Source: a virus | DNA: 64,000 nucleotides | Reading direction: 5' to 3' (one strand) | Virus record (IMG/VR): IMGVR_UViG_3300017917_000529 | Location: 4,790-68,789 of that record | In this document: positions 20,501 through 30,930 of the stretch, in pieces | Layout: every line of letters begins with the position of its first letter | Position numbering within the stretch: the first letter of the stretch is position 1 | Translations under genes and position numbers: made by a program | The notes under the pieces: model-generated | Told to the model about the DNA's origin: nothing | Seen by the model: only the letters and a program-made list of their open reading frames with translations | The model's database searches: none

Positions 20501-21767
20501 ATCCTAAGTCTGATATAGATTTATTAACACTATAACTTGTAACGCTATCTGTTATATTTACTAAAAGTCTTGGAGATAACTCTATTAATTCAAAAACACT
20601 ATCAAATTTATTCATTGTAGTTACTACAACTCTTATTCCTTTTATATATTCAAATTCTTTGTATTCGATAGAATTTGTAGAGGTGTTATTGTATGATATA
20701 ACATTTACCAATTCTGTAACACAAGAAGAAGTATCAACTTCTTTTTCTAATAAACTCCATCCGTATTGTGGAATAAAAGAATCGTAATTAAAACCATTAT
20801 AAATATATAAAGTGCCCAATTCTTCTGAATACTTATTAGATACTATATATGCGTCTCCATAAAATGTTTGATCTGGTAAAAGTGATTCAGATAAAATATT
20901 TCCAGCAAAAAAGAATTGATTTTTATATTTTTCTGGAACAACTAACCCATATTTTAATTCAACATGTCCATCTGAACCAATAATATTACTTTCGTCAGAT
21001 CTGGTAGAACTTTCATTAAAATTAATTATATCTATCCATGTGTTATTTTTTAATACTTGTACTTTCCAATTACTTGGAGTTGTTTGATTATGATATCCAT
21101 AAAATGGATCGTTTATATTTTCAGAAACTGTAGAGAATGGACCAAGATCAACTTCTCCAGTATTTGTTTGCATTTTAATTACAATTCTATTTACTGGAAT
21201 ACTATCTTTATATACTACAAATGGAGCAACATCATCTATATAATTTTTTTCATTTAATATATTTTTTGCTATACCTCTTTCAATATTGCTTTCAGTTCTA
21301 TAGGAATTCCAATATTTAAAATAATCTCTTTTGTCGGCAATATAATATCTTGGTCTATTTGCTAAGTATGAGTTTGAATTATGTAGATATTTATTATTAA
21401 AATATTGTATCTTATTTATCCCAGATCTTGGTCTAAATTTACCAAAACAGTCTTCCAAGGAATATAATTGTTTTTCTTTTTCTTTTGGGGAAGTAAACAA
21501 CTGTGGTTGATCTAAATCGTCAAAACCTCCGTCTATAACAATGTCAGCATTAGTTGCGTTTGTATAAAAATTTCCAGAATCTTGTGGGTCATAAAAACCA
21601 ATAATATTTTTATATTTTGATAAACTTTCTAAAGGTCTATATCTATAATTTCCAATTTTTAATAAATTTTCTGAATCGTTAAAGTTCCATTCTGCTAAAA
21701 CTAAACCATTTAGATTTACAGTATTTGATTCTTCAAAAATACTTTTAACATCTTCGTTTTCAAACAT
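17508..21767 (-). CDS. large minor tail / hub protein
   Basis: About 1419 aa, second gene after the tape measure; C-terminal SKYGTKEF..PYIQT..IQLGDLI is hub-like; start moved to 21767 (TAATG). Confidence 0.7.
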   Translation of the reverse strand: MFENEDVKSIFEESNTVNLNGLVLAEWNFNDSENLLKIGNYRYRPLESLSKYKNIIGFYDPQDSGNFYTNATNADIVIDGGFDDLDQPQLFTSPKEKEKQLYSLEDCFGKFRPRSGINKIQYFNNKYLHNSNSYLANRPRYYIADKRDYFKYWNSYRTESNIERGIAKNILNEKNYIDDVAPFVVYKDSIPVNRIVIKMQTNTGEVDLGPFSTVSENINDPFYGYHNQTTPSNWKVQVLKNNTWIDIINFNESSTRSDESNIIGSDGHVELKYGLVVPEKYKNQFFFAGNILSESLLPDQTFYGDAYIVSNKYSEELGTLYIYNGFNYDSFIPQYGWSLLEKEVDTSSCVTELVNVISYNNTSTNSIEYKEFEYIKGIRVVVTTMNKFDSVFELIELSPRLLVNITDSVTSYSVNKSISDLGLNGLPVGQLLASNGNIELIDSDRSFNKENKDSIISKYLNNHVKFSFYENIETQKNIHNYVPLKKLYSENIPQTNLKDGKTSIELRDLYFYLEQINAPSLFLTNVSLSFAVSTLLDYAGFSNYIFKKIENEQELIIPFFFCNEQKSIAQVLNDLAISSQSSMFFNEENDLVIMSKNYTVPKKIDRVSDITLYGSENIQNNNKENIINASIVDTKIINSGQINYTTRYIQKTLGSIKQATLVDKEKTWVYKPTLLWEVSGKNKTKTINESESSMSSYVLSAIPLASSLSDQVPYVSYNTLFNNVIDLGENVYWISNYNGYFYSNGEIIRYDAVEYNVSGVGNVWITNTQEYENYFSKLPFNGKMYPTGLVRIYTELDYVIDNGVQVLKNGDVIKNGRKQFDTKITNHYAGLNPYWTNNDNVKSCNMYSEYLFSDKEIDKTVVVGPAGVNDSIAKQTTRTGLIKNFLSSSYTSEYDSKNSINSKSGNIQSSALVMTGPSFTFEQKPINYINYVYKPLNNKFKHFGTRLRIIGKIENNEVRGQTPIGSMTYYVTPGTNPSHNISIGGGSGGIGIMVNPTNNLGYYFEIVALTETNIDKYSNDSTISNLLFYKIGKDSATDMAVPIKLWSGISNILVDDGNFTGQYRMIGESNPTVYDLAIEYIDIGQVRKFYLYVNNNIVAIVDDTNPLPIYNNMCLFTRGTSKIMFENIFALGSNYSKNVSENIDLPFNKIFDNQELTSNDAFRKYALSSIVQSTYLSGISPSEPPSYNFYFDEFGTIMRECAYFNIKFDKAYPALYSKISPTFNKIKGYTISGYLPDAYGAEFLIFNATDTVLTLDETSGNYLRIQGVAFTQSTNNVLKVDDYYKENSNNISMQYLDDQTIKSNIDSKNKYNKLKISKSKYGTKEFTMDVPYIQTRDDAEELMGWVIDKTIEPKNAIGIDIFAMPIIQLGDLISIHYKTLDNKDIIASEEKRFVVYNIVYSRSFQGATMKIYCYEVSDE

Positions 21768-22414
21768 TATACTTCTTCCAAGGATATGTTTACATCCCAT
21801 AAATCATGTGTAGTAGATCCTCTGCGATTTACGGTGTATGAAAAATCAGATATAAAAACCTCTTTTACTTGTTGGTATTCTCCAAGTCTTCCTACTGTAT
21901 TGTCTTGTTGTTTAAAATTTATATATTTGTCATATGCAATAAACAAATAAAATGATTTTGGATGATTTAAATACCAATCTAATAATTCGTTTCCACCTGC
22001 ACCGCCATCAACTGTATATCTTATCAATCCACTTTCTTCTTGTCCAGTATCTTCGTCAAAATTTGCAATTCCAGAAAACGATCTAGATGGTAAATTTTTC
22101 CAACTTATAGAAAAACTTTCTTTGTCTGCTATATAAAAAGATCTCATTTTTCCATTTATGGTTCTTTCTCTTTGTTCTAATCTATTGTTTTTAATATCAA
22201 TTGGTCCACGATTATGATCAGACAAAATAATAAAAGTAGATATTGTAGAAGGATCTCCTTCAAATTCAGACAGACTTGCCCCTATTTCATATCCATCTGG
22301 AACATGTGCTAAGCCATTTTCTGTTTCTATTAAACTACCAGGTAAATCTGCAAACAATAGGGCTTGAGGTCTACCATATTTTTTTCTACCAGAAAGATAA
22401 TTTAAACTGGCCAT
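21767..22414 (-). CDS. distal tail (Dit-like) protein
   Basis: Directly after the tape measure; RTINGKMR...WDVNISLEEV. Confidence 0.6.
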   Translation of the reverse strand: MASLNYLSGRKKYGRPQALLFADLPGSLIETENGLAHVPDGYEIGASLSEFEGDPSTISTFIILSDHNRGPIDIKNNRLEQRERTINGKMRSFYIADKESFSISWKNLPSRSFSGIANFDEDTGQEESGLIRYTVDGGAGGNELLDWYLNHPKSFYLFIAYDKYINFKQQDNTVGRLGEYQQVKEVFISDFSYTVNRRGSTTHDLWDVNISLEEV

Positions 22415-25400
22415 TATATTCTACTCCCCCTAATTCTTTGAGAATCTATTTGCTTAATCTTCATCATAACTGTATTAGCAATTTCATTAGGATTTGCATC
22501 AGATTTAACATTAATACTTAGACTATAATTATACACGGAAGAAGACATTGGATTTTCACCTTTGTTTATTGCTCTTAAATTATCTACCCCAAATTTATCA
22601 ACTGCAAATTTACTTACAATAAACTCTCCAGGAGTTAACATTGCTGGCACGGTATCTGTACCAAATGCAAAACCACCAGAAGCAAATTTTTGAATCATTC
22701 CACCATTTGCCCTATAAACACCATATTTGCTAGTTATACCTGGAAGAACATTTATCTTACTTGCGGCAGCAAACGAAGCAGCAGATTTTACTGGTGCTAA
22801 AGTTGGACCTTTAGAACCCATTACACCCATGCTCATGTTTACACCTTTTAAGTTAGGTGCTGGTGTTGGAAAATATTTTGTTTTTGGTGGTGGAGTAGGA
22901 TTTTTTGATTTAGGTTTTTTAGTATCATCTTTTCCAGGATCTGTGTCATCTTTTCCAGGATCTGTGTCATCACTTGAAGAACTGCTAGTTGTTAAATTTT
23001 GATTACTATTATACTCATTCATTTTTTTGAGTATTTCATCCCAAGTACTACTTAATTGTTCTGCTGCTGTTTTTGATCTTGCTATCATGTCATTATACTT
23101 ACCAGTAGCAAACTCTGCTGCCTCTATTTTTGTTCTTTGAGTTTCCCACTCATCCTTTGTTAAGCCAGCAATTCTCAACCCTTCTAATTGTTGTTGAACA
23201 TCTTCTTCTATAATATCTAATCTTACTTGTGCCAATCTTGCTTGTTCTTGTAAAGGTGCAATAGTATCTTGCTCAATTCTATAATTTTGTTCTTTTAATG
23301 TTTTAATCTTTTGTTCTAATTGATCCCTAGTTAAACCTCCAGAAGTTAGTTTGTTTATTTGTGCATCTCTTGATGCTTCCATCCCTTGTCTTTGTTGATC
23401 TAATGCAGTTTGTGCTTCTGCTGCTCTGGCTTCTTGCACTGCTCTTGCTGCTGCATAAATATCTCCTTCTGCAAGTGCTTGAGATACTGACAATCTATCT
23501 CTTTCTTGTCTAGCAATAATATCATTTACTTTTTGTATTTTATCTAATGCTTCAAACTGTTTATTATATTTATCTCTAATCTCTTCTGCTTTGTCGTCTA
23601 TAGTTTTAAGTCCATCTTCATATCTATCAATTTGATAATTGTTGGCTGCCTGAACTCTTTGTGCTATTTTTATTTGTTTTTCAGCATTATTAACTATTAA
23701 TTTTTGTTTATCTATTTCTCCCTTTTTTCCAAGTCTAATTATTTTTTCTTGAATTTCAAAATACTTCATTGCAGCATTATATCCTGGATCAAAAGCATCT
23801 GTATAGTTTCCTATTGCCATTGCATTTTTAAATTGTGCTGCTATTGCTTTTGCTCTAGAAGAAACAATGCTGGTTAAACTTTTATTAGTTTTTTCTGATG
23901 CAACTGCTGCAGCCAAAGCATCATCTTTAATTGCTTCATAAGCATCAGCAACTGGCATTCCAGCAGCAACTAATTTTTTAAATGCTTTTGTTTGATTTTC
24001 TGATTGAGCAACAACCTTTTCTTGATCATTATAATAATCACCTAATGCTATATTATTTAATGCTGTTTGTAAAGTTTTAAAGTCTTTAAACATTCCTTTA
24101 TACTTTTTATAATCTTCTGGTGATAGTCCAGTAATAAAATCAATTGTATTTTGATTAGCACCCTGTTTTCTAAGTTTTTGTGCCAAACCACCAAATGCTA
24201 ATGTCTCTTTAGAAAGTTTCTTTAAAGCCTTTCCAGAGGCATCCCAGCCTACTGTAAGTTCTTGTGTAGCCTTTCTTACATCTCTTAATTTCTTTACTAT
24301 ATCATCTAGTGGTGATGCTGTAGGTCCCCCGCCACCTGCACCAGTATCATCTTCTCCCTCTGTAGGAGAAATTGTTGCATCCATAGCAGATGTTTTCTTT
24401 TTGGCAAGTGCGTCTGCATATGCTTGTTTTTGTACTGGAAAAGAAGCATTACGAAACTTTTCTCCACCTCCAAGACTAGCGGGTTCACTTAACCATTTTT
24501 TAACATCTGGATCTTGATTAAACGATGTCGAATCTTGTATAGACATAACAGTTGCAATTTCATTAGCATATACCTGTCTTTGATTTTGTGTTAACTTATC
24601 AAAATATTCTTTATCTATTGCACCAATATACTCTGGAGGCATGAAGGTTGTAAGAACATCGTACTCTAACTTTCCCTTATTTTCTTTTATTCCATCATAA
24701 ACTTTCATTAAATCTTTTTTGGCTTCTGGATTATTTTCGTAGTAATTAACTAAATATGCAATATCTAGTTCTCCTCCAGACATAGTAAGTTGTTCATTAA
24801 AATCTAAAATTTTCTGTGCTTCTTCGGCTGTACTTGCTGCCTCAACATTCATTAAAAATTTCTTTCTTGCTTCTTCGTCTACTTCACCTTTATCATTTAA
24901 AAATAGTGATGATATCTGATCTATTCTTGCTGCTGATGCTCCTCCAAATTTTGTAACAATATTCATTACTGCATTCATTTGTTCTTTATTTTTACCAAAG
25001 GTATCTAACAAAGAAATCATTGTTCCTGGATCAATATTCTTATTTGCCATTTCCATGGTTAGTCTTATTTTTGCAAATTTATCTCCAGATGACGCAGCAA
25101 TAGCATCTTGTGCTAATGGTACAACATCAGCAAACATTGTATCTTCATATGCTTTAGTTGCCATCTTATCAGCAGATGATTGCATAGCACCTTGTAATGC
25201 TGGATTATTTTTAAAATTTTCTTCAATTAATTTAGATGTTTCTTGTTGTTTATCTAATAAACTTTGTCTACTTGCTATATATTCATTTTGTAATCTTTCT
25301 GATTTTGCAGTATCTCCTGCTGCTTTTGCAATTTCAATTCTTTTTTCATATTCCACCTGTAGCCCATCAAGCATTTGTTGATTTTGTTGTAAAGATATTG

Positions 25401-28400
25401 CGGCTAAGGCTGTTGTTCCACCTGCTGCTGCAGATACTCTTGCTTTTCTTTCTGTTAGACCCCTTACTCCACCTGCAATTGCCCCTATCGTACCTCCTAC
25501 ACCTGCACCAATAGCGGTTCCAATACCTGGAATTATAGAACCAGCGGTTGCTCCAATTGCTGTACCTGCTCCTGCACCTGCTGCAACATTTCCAAGTAAA
25601 CTTTTTGTATCTTTACCAGTAAACCTTGTTGCGGCTCCTGCTGCTCTAAAAGATTGTGCCAAACCTTTATTTGATTGTTCAACTAGTTGTACTCTAACCT
25701 TTAATGGATCTTTTACTAAGTTTTCTCCATTTGGACCTAATAATCTTTCTAATTGACCACTTACTTTAATTCCAAATTGTTGATTACCTAATTGATCTCC
25801 AATATTTAATGCAATAGATCTTGCTTCCTGTGCTGTTAATGCTCCAGATGTTACTGCTGTTGCTAATTGATTAGTTAATCCCGCTCCAGCACCTGCTGCT
25901 CCAGATACAGCAATATTTTTTCCAACTGCCTTTGTTAAAGCCTGTCCTTTTTCTCCAGCAACAAAAGATTCTCCAAATGTGGTTTTTCCTGTAGCGTTCT
26001 GATACTGTTTTATACCCTCTGATCTTCTTCTACTCATTAATTCTGATGCTGAAACTCTACCAGCAAATTCTGATAAACCTTGTATACTCTTAGAAGATGC
26101 TTGAGTTTGAAGTGCTAAATCAATTGCAGCATCCCTTGCTTTATCCATTGCCATTCTTTGTTGTACATATAATCCAACAATTGCTCCAACTCCAACGGCA
26201 AGTGCACCAAATTTGCTATTAAGCATAGGTAAAATAAATGACATAGCCATTAATGGCATCATTAATTTTTGAGATATATCACCAATTTTCCCTGGTGCCA
26301 TAGCACCCATTGAAGCAGCCATAGATGCAACCATTGATGCAGAACCTAAGCCACCAGAAATTCTCTGTCCCATATTTCCTTTTGGATTTGAAGGTGTTGG
26401 CGGAACTGCTACTCCCCTTTGTTGTTTTGCAATTTTTTCATTTTGCCTTCTAATTGATTTATCTATTGCCGTTATACCAGTTGATTTTCCATATAAAGAA
26501 GTTGCAGATTGAGATGCATACACTCCTTGAGTTACAGAGTTTCCTAGTTTCTGTCCTGCTAACTTAGCATCATCTACTTGATCCTCAAATCCAAGTACTG
26601 CTCCTCTTGCAAAATCTTTTCCAATTTGTTTCATTTTGGTTGATGGAGATTTTATTCCAAGTTCATCTTTTATTGTACTTTCAAGTATTCCAAATATTTT
26701 TCTTATTCTTTCACGAACCGAATTAATTACAAACTTATCAGCATCAGAACTAAGTTCTTTTCTTATTTGTTTTCTTTGTTCAGGACTTGCATAAGATTTA
26801 TTAGATAGGACAGCATTAGTACCTGGAATTCTCATACCTACAAGATCTTTGGATACTTGACCCCTATCCCCTCCTCTTTGTTTATTGCCTTTATCTTTTT
26901 TAGTTATATCTGCTTGTATTGTTGAAAAGGTGTTAGCAGACTTTTCTAAAAGTTTTCCAGCAGCACGAGTAGAATCTGAAGCACTACTTGATAGTGCCTG
27001 AGTCATTTCTAGTTTTATTATTTCATAAAATTTACTATCATCTACAACTGTTTTTCCTAATTTTCTTAATGAACTCTCTATGTTTTTTTGAATTTGCATC
27101 AAACCTTGCTCTTCTTTTGATCCAGGCCTTACATTATGCTCTTGAATTAAATATCTCATAAAACCTTTTTGGCCTACTGGAGAATTCATAAAATCTGCAC
27201 TCTGTTCACCAGTCATCAAACCTTTATTAAATGCTGCTGGCATACCAAAAACTAAATTAGATTTAACAGACATTGGTTTATTTCCTCTGAATGCTTCTAA
27301 AATTGCTGGATTAACATCTTTTCTTTTTTCAAGTTCTTTTAACATTTCCGTTCTTTGAGCCTGTGATATTTGGATACCTTTATCTCCATGTGATGCAATG
27401 AGACCAAAATTAGCAGGTCCTTTTTGAACTAATCCAGTAGCCATTAACTGTTTGTACCCACCCTCAGTAACATCGTCTATTTTCTTTTGTGCTTTTATCA
27501 TCATGCTTTTAGTTACTTTGTACACACCATTTTCTAAATTAACGCCAACTTCCTCTAAAGCCCTTATTAATAAATCATCTATGTTTGCTATTTCACTTTG
27601 TAAATCTAAAGTTTTTTGTATAAGTTTTATTACATTATCATCAGTACTGGAAAATGTCATTCCCCTTACATTTAAAGGTCTTCCTTTAATGTATCCAGGA
27701 ATATTGTTTGCAATCATTCCATTAATTAACGGTGCATATTTTTTAGCCATTGCTGATGGTATAACTGCTTCTCCTGGAGAAAGCATTGCTGGAACTTTGT
27801 CTCCAGTACCGCTTCCAGGAACACTTACAATTCCTTCTGCAAGTTTCATTGGTGGTTTTGGATTTTTTCTTGGACCTGCTAAACTAAAAGCGTTTTGTGC
27901 TGCAATTGCTTGTCTATATGAAGCGACTAAACTGTCAAGTGCTTGTTTTTCTGAAGTAAAACTTTGAGTAAGTTTCATATGTGTTTGATCTAATGAAGCG
28001 GCTACTGCTGCTGCTTGCATTTGTGACTGTGTTAAATAGTTTGTCTGTTCTCCAAGTTGAGTGCTTGATTGTCCTGCTCTATTAAATACACCCTTAATTG
28101 CTGTAAAACCTTTAATTATATTAGCAACTCCGTTTGCCAACAAACCAAAAGACATAATTGCTATAGGTCCTAATCCAGCAAGCAATGCTGTCATATATGT
28201 TATAAACTGTTTAGCACCATCACTTAAGTTGTTAAATTTGTCAAATACCTTTCCAAAAAATTCTATTACTGGAGTCAATGCTTTTAAGAATTCTGCTCCT
28301 ACTGGTGCTATGGCTGTTTTTAAATCTTGAACTTGTTTTTTAAATTTAAACATTGGAGATTCTTCAATTTTCTTTAATTCTCGTTCAGATAAAACTGCAA

Positions 28401-29832
28401 GTTCTTCAGTAGTTGCTTTTGTTAATTCAGCAACAGTTTGAGCCTGAGTTCCTTCTTTAATAACGTTTTGAAATAATGTTGATATACGAGCAAATTGAAA
28501 CTTACCAAACAACTGTTCAATTGCTTGTGCACGTTTCAATGGTTCTAACTCATCTAGGGCTGTTGCTAGTTCTAAAACAAGTTGTTTAACATCTCCTTTA
28601 TTTGCATCCACTATTGCTTTAATATTAATTCCCATACCAGACAAAAATTCAGATGCTCTTTTAGTTGGATTAATGATAGATGCCAAACCAGACTTTAATG
28701 CGTTTGCACCTTCTCCTGCTTGAATACCACCTTCACGCATAGCAGTCATAAAGAACGCTAAGTCTTGAACATCTCCACCAAGTTGTTTAATTACTGGTGC
28801 TGCTTTTGGAATTGCCGTTGTTAGGTCATCAATATTTAATATTGTTTGGTTTTCAACTGCGTTCAAAAAGTCAATATTTTGTGCTAAATCTTCAGATGCA
28901 ATTCCAAATGTAGAGGTTAAAGAAATAAGTGTATCTAAAGATTTTTGTTGATCAATACCACCAAGTACTGCTAACTTGCTAGCCTGAGCAACTTGTGCCA
29001 TCAAATCTGCACCCATCTTACCAGTTGCTGCAACATCAGCAGCCATTTTCATTGTATCTGCAACTGCTACACCATATTTTGTAAATTCGTTTGCAAGCAT
29101 TTGAACATCTTTTAATGCTTTTGTAGTATCTGCTGTAGTTGTAAACATATCTCCATATACACGTTTAAATCTAATTGCTTGTTCTTCTAATTCCATAAAA
29201 GTTTTTGATGCAACAGAGCCAAAATACATTAAAGGAATAGTAAAACCAACCATAAGTTGACGTCCAGCCCACTGTGTATTTTTACCAAAATTTAATAAAC
29301 TAGTAGAACCTTGTTTTAGTAATTGATTTAGTAATGCTTGACGTTGTGCAGCCATTGCTGTTTTTGTTGCGTAATCATTCATGTCAAGTGCAAGAGGTCT
29401 TAAAGATATTGCTTTTAATGCACCTGATGCATCTCTACCCATTTTAATATACTGAGTTTGTAAAGTTTTTACATTTTCTCTTGCAACTTTATTAATAGTA
29501 TCAAATTCTGATTTAAATAATTTACCAAAAGTTTTTGTAGAAGCACCAGCATATCTGAAGTACTCCTTCATAGTAAATTTATTTTTTTCTAAAGCATCAT
29601 TAAAGGCATCAGTGGTTGTTCTAATTTTTTTCATTTCGGCAAGGAATTTGCCGCCAGCATTAACTTGATTAATTAAATTTTGTGCCATATTCTGGGATAC
29701 TGCTGCACCAGCAGCACCAGTTTTGGCCATTGAGGTATGAAAGGCTGATATTTGACGTTGTAACGCCTTTAAATGTGATATTGCTTCGCCAGTATTAACA
29801 TTAATATTAATATTGGATTCGATATCAGCCAT
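22414..29832 (-). CDS. tail tape measure protein
   Basis: 2472 aa, helical and Ala/Gly-rich with hydrophobic stretches; follows tail tube and chaperones; GTDTVPAMLTPGEFIV motif. Confidence 0.93.
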   Translation of the reverse strand: MADIESNININVNTGEAISHLKALQRQISAFHTSMAKTGAAGAAVSQNMAQNLINQVNAGGKFLAEMKKIRTTTDAFNDALEKNKFTMKEYFRYAGASTKTFGKLFKSEFDTINKVARENVKTLQTQYIKMGRDASGALKAISLRPLALDMNDYATKTAMAAQRQALLNQLLKQGSTSLLNFGKNTQWAGRQLMVGFTIPLMYFGSVASKTFMELEEQAIRFKRVYGDMFTTTADTTKALKDVQMLANEFTKYGVAVADTMKMAADVAATGKMGADLMAQVAQASKLAVLGGIDQQKSLDTLISLTSTFGIASEDLAQNIDFLNAVENQTILNIDDLTTAIPKAAPVIKQLGGDVQDLAFFMTAMREGGIQAGEGANALKSGLASIINPTKRASEFLSGMGINIKAIVDANKGDVKQLVLELATALDELEPLKRAQAIEQLFGKFQFARISTLFQNVIKEGTQAQTVAELTKATTEELAVLSERELKKIEESPMFKFKKQVQDLKTAIAPVGAEFLKALTPVIEFFGKVFDKFNNLSDGAKQFITYMTALLAGLGPIAIMSFGLLANGVANIIKGFTAIKGVFNRAGQSSTQLGEQTNYLTQSQMQAAAVAASLDQTHMKLTQSFTSEKQALDSLVASYRQAIAAQNAFSLAGPRKNPKPPMKLAEGIVSVPGSGTGDKVPAMLSPGEAVIPSAMAKKYAPLINGMIANNIPGYIKGRPLNVRGMTFSSTDDNVIKLIQKTLDLQSEIANIDDLLIRALEEVGVNLENGVYKVTKSMMIKAQKKIDDVTEGGYKQLMATGLVQKGPANFGLIASHGDKGIQISQAQRTEMLKELEKRKDVNPAILEAFRGNKPMSVKSNLVFGMPAAFNKGLMTGEQSADFMNSPVGQKGFMRYLIQEHNVRPGSKEEQGLMQIQKNIESSLRKLGKTVVDDSKFYEIIKLEMTQALSSSASDSTRAAGKLLEKSANTFSTIQADITKKDKGNKQRGGDRGQVSKDLVGMRIPGTNAVLSNKSYASPEQRKQIRKELSSDADKFVINSVRERIRKIFGILESTIKDELGIKSPSTKMKQIGKDFARGAVLGFEDQVDDAKLAGQKLGNSVTQGVYASQSATSLYGKSTGITAIDKSIRRQNEKIAKQQRGVAVPPTPSNPKGNMGQRISGGLGSASMVASMAASMGAMAPGKIGDISQKLMMPLMAMSFILPMLNSKFGALAVGVGAIVGLYVQQRMAMDKARDAAIDLALQTQASSKSIQGLSEFAGRVSASELMSRRRSEGIKQYQNATGKTTFGESFVAGEKGQALTKAVGKNIAVSGAAGAGAGLTNQLATAVTSGALTAQEARSIALNIGDQLGNQQFGIKVSGQLERLLGPNGENLVKDPLKVRVQLVEQSNKGLAQSFRAAGAATRFTGKDTKSLLGNVAAGAGAGTAIGATAGSIIPGIGTAIGAGVGGTIGAIAGGVRGLTERKARVSAAAGGTTALAAISLQQNQQMLDGLQVEYEKRIEIAKAAGDTAKSERLQNEYIASRQSLLDKQQETSKLIEENFKNNPALQGAMQSSADKMATKAYEDTMFADVVPLAQDAIAASSGDKFAKIRLTMEMANKNIDPGTMISLLDTFGKNKEQMNAVMNIVTKFGGASAARIDQISSLFLNDKGEVDEEARKKFLMNVEAASTAEEAQKILDFNEQLTMSGGELDIAYLVNYYENNPEAKKDLMKVYDGIKENKGKLEYDVLTTFMPPEYIGAIDKEYFDKLTQNQRQVYANEIATVMSIQDSTSFNQDPDVKKWLSEPASLGGGEKFRNASFPVQKQAYADALAKKKTSAMDATISPTEGEDDTGAGGGGPTASPLDDIVKKLRDVRKATQELTVGWDASGKALKKLSKETLAFGGLAQKLRKQGANQNTIDFITGLSPEDYKKYKGMFKDFKTLQTALNNIALGDYYNDQEKVVAQSENQTKAFKKLVAAGMPVADAYEAIKDDALAAAVASEKTNKSLTSIVSSRAKAIAAQFKNAMAIGNYTDAFDPGYNAAMKYFEIQEKIIRLGKKGEIDKQKLIVNNAEKQIKIAQRVQAANNYQIDRYEDGLKTIDDKAEEIRDKYNKQFEALDKIQKVNDIIARQERDRLSVSQALAEGDIYAAARAVQEARAAEAQTALDQQRQGMEASRDAQINKLTSGGLTRDQLEQKIKTLKEQNYRIEQDTIAPLQEQARLAQVRLDIIEEDVQQQLEGLRIAGLTKDEWETQRTKIEAAEFATGKYNDMIARSKTAAEQLSSTWDEILKKMNEYNSNQNLTTSSSSSDDTDPGKDDTDPGKDDTKKPKSKNPTPPPKTKYFPTPAPNLKGVNMSMGVMGSKGPTLAPVKSAASFAAASKINVLPGITSKYGVYRANGGMIQKFASGGFAFGTDTVPAMLTPGEFIVSKFAVDKFGVDNLRAINKGENPMSSSVYNYSLSINVKSDANPNEIANTVMMKIKQIDSQRIRGSRI
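22925..22971. repeat. 21-bp tandem repeat (about 2.2 copies) encoding DDTDPGK
   Basis: tcatcttttccaggatctgtg occurs twice exactly, then tcatc. Confidence 0.9.
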
Positions 29833-29857
29833 TCATTCTTACCTCTTATTTAGTTAT

Positions 29858-30178
29858 TTATGGTAAATTATTTAAAAGTGCTGCATCTGCTAATTTAACT
29901 CCAGATGCTTCTTCAATAATTTGATATACCGTTGGAAGATCCATATTTTCTTCTAACGCTGCCAAATCTTCTGCAAGTTCTGGCTTATATTGTTTCATTG
30001 CAATTTGAATACATTCCATCAATATATTCATTGATTTTTCATTATCTTCTGCCACTGCTGCTACGCCTTCAAATTTTTTCATGAAAGGACGTAGTAGAGA
30101 AATCTTTAGTGGTCTTACTTTGATTTTTGTACCGTCAATAAGCGTAACTGTTTTTTCTTCGTTAACAGTAGTTGCCAT
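29858..30178 (-). CDS. tail assembly chaperone (short form)
   Basis: Just upstream of the tape measure; paralogue of the N-terminal half of 30230..30913. Confidence 0.7.
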   Translation of the reverse strand: MATTVNEEKTVTLIDGTKIKVRPLKISLLRPFMKKFEGVAAVAEDNEKSMNILMECIQIAMKQYKPELAEDLAALEENMDLPTVYQIIEEASGVKLADAALLNNLP

Positions 30179-30229
30179 TATTCCTCCTTATAAGGTTAAA
30201 TCTAATTATATCACAAAACGACTCTTATT

Positions 30230-30913
30230 TTATATAGTAATTTCTTCATAATCTAAGCCATGTCCTATACCAAACCCTGCTTTCTTGGCTCTAGCACCTC
30301 TTAGATTTGTTATATCGTTTGCGTCTTTTCCTTTATACAATACTCTTTTTTTCATTTCTTCCCAAGCATCACCTTTGTTATTTTCTTCTAAATCTACTCC
30401 TTGAATTGCTGCAAAAAACTTTTTATCACCATAATCTTGTTCTCTCTTATTTTCTATTATTGAAATTAGTTCTGGCATACACAAAGATATTTCTAATTCT
30501 TCATAATTTTTCCATGCACCTATGAGGAATGCTTCTGCCTCTAATTTTAATAAATCTAGTTCTTGCCAACTTGAACCACTACTTTCAGACTTTGCTTGAT
30601 CCTCTACACTTTCTTCTTTATCAGTATTTATCTTGATGCCAGCAGAATATTCTAGTATTTTGTATACCGTTTTAATATCCAAATTATCCTCTATATCGTC
30701 TGTTGAACTAGAGATAGATGGATAGAATTGTTCCATAGCAATTCTGACGCATTCTACCATTATAGATATAGCCTCGTCTTCTGTTGTTTCTTTATTTATT
30801 TTTCCAAAATTATCTAATATTTTTCTTAAATATTTTATTTTTGATGGAGATATTAATATTTTTGTACCATCAATTAATTGAATTATATTTTCTTCATAAG
30901 CCTTAGTTGCCAT
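30230..30913 (-). CDS. tail assembly chaperone (long form)
   Basis: Between tail tube and tape measure; LIDGTKI N-terminal domain plus about 120 aa extension. Confidence 0.65.
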   Translation of the reverse strand: MATKAYEENIIQLIDGTKILISPSKIKYLRKILDNFGKINKETTEDEAISIMVECVRIAMEQFYPSISSSTDDIEDNLDIKTVYKILEYSAGIKINTDKEESVEDQAKSESSGSSWQELDLLKLEAEAFLIGAWKNYEELEISLCMPELISIIENKREQDYGDKKFFAAIQGVDLEENNKGDAWEEMKKRVLYKGKDANDITNLRGARAKKAGFGIGHGLDYEEITI

Positions 30914-30930
30914 TAATCAATTATAGCAAA

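Noticed and set aside
27452-27967. 171-aa plus-strand ORF and the other antisense ORFs inside long genes
   Set aside because: Fully nested opposite well-supported genes; composition is typical of antisense shadows
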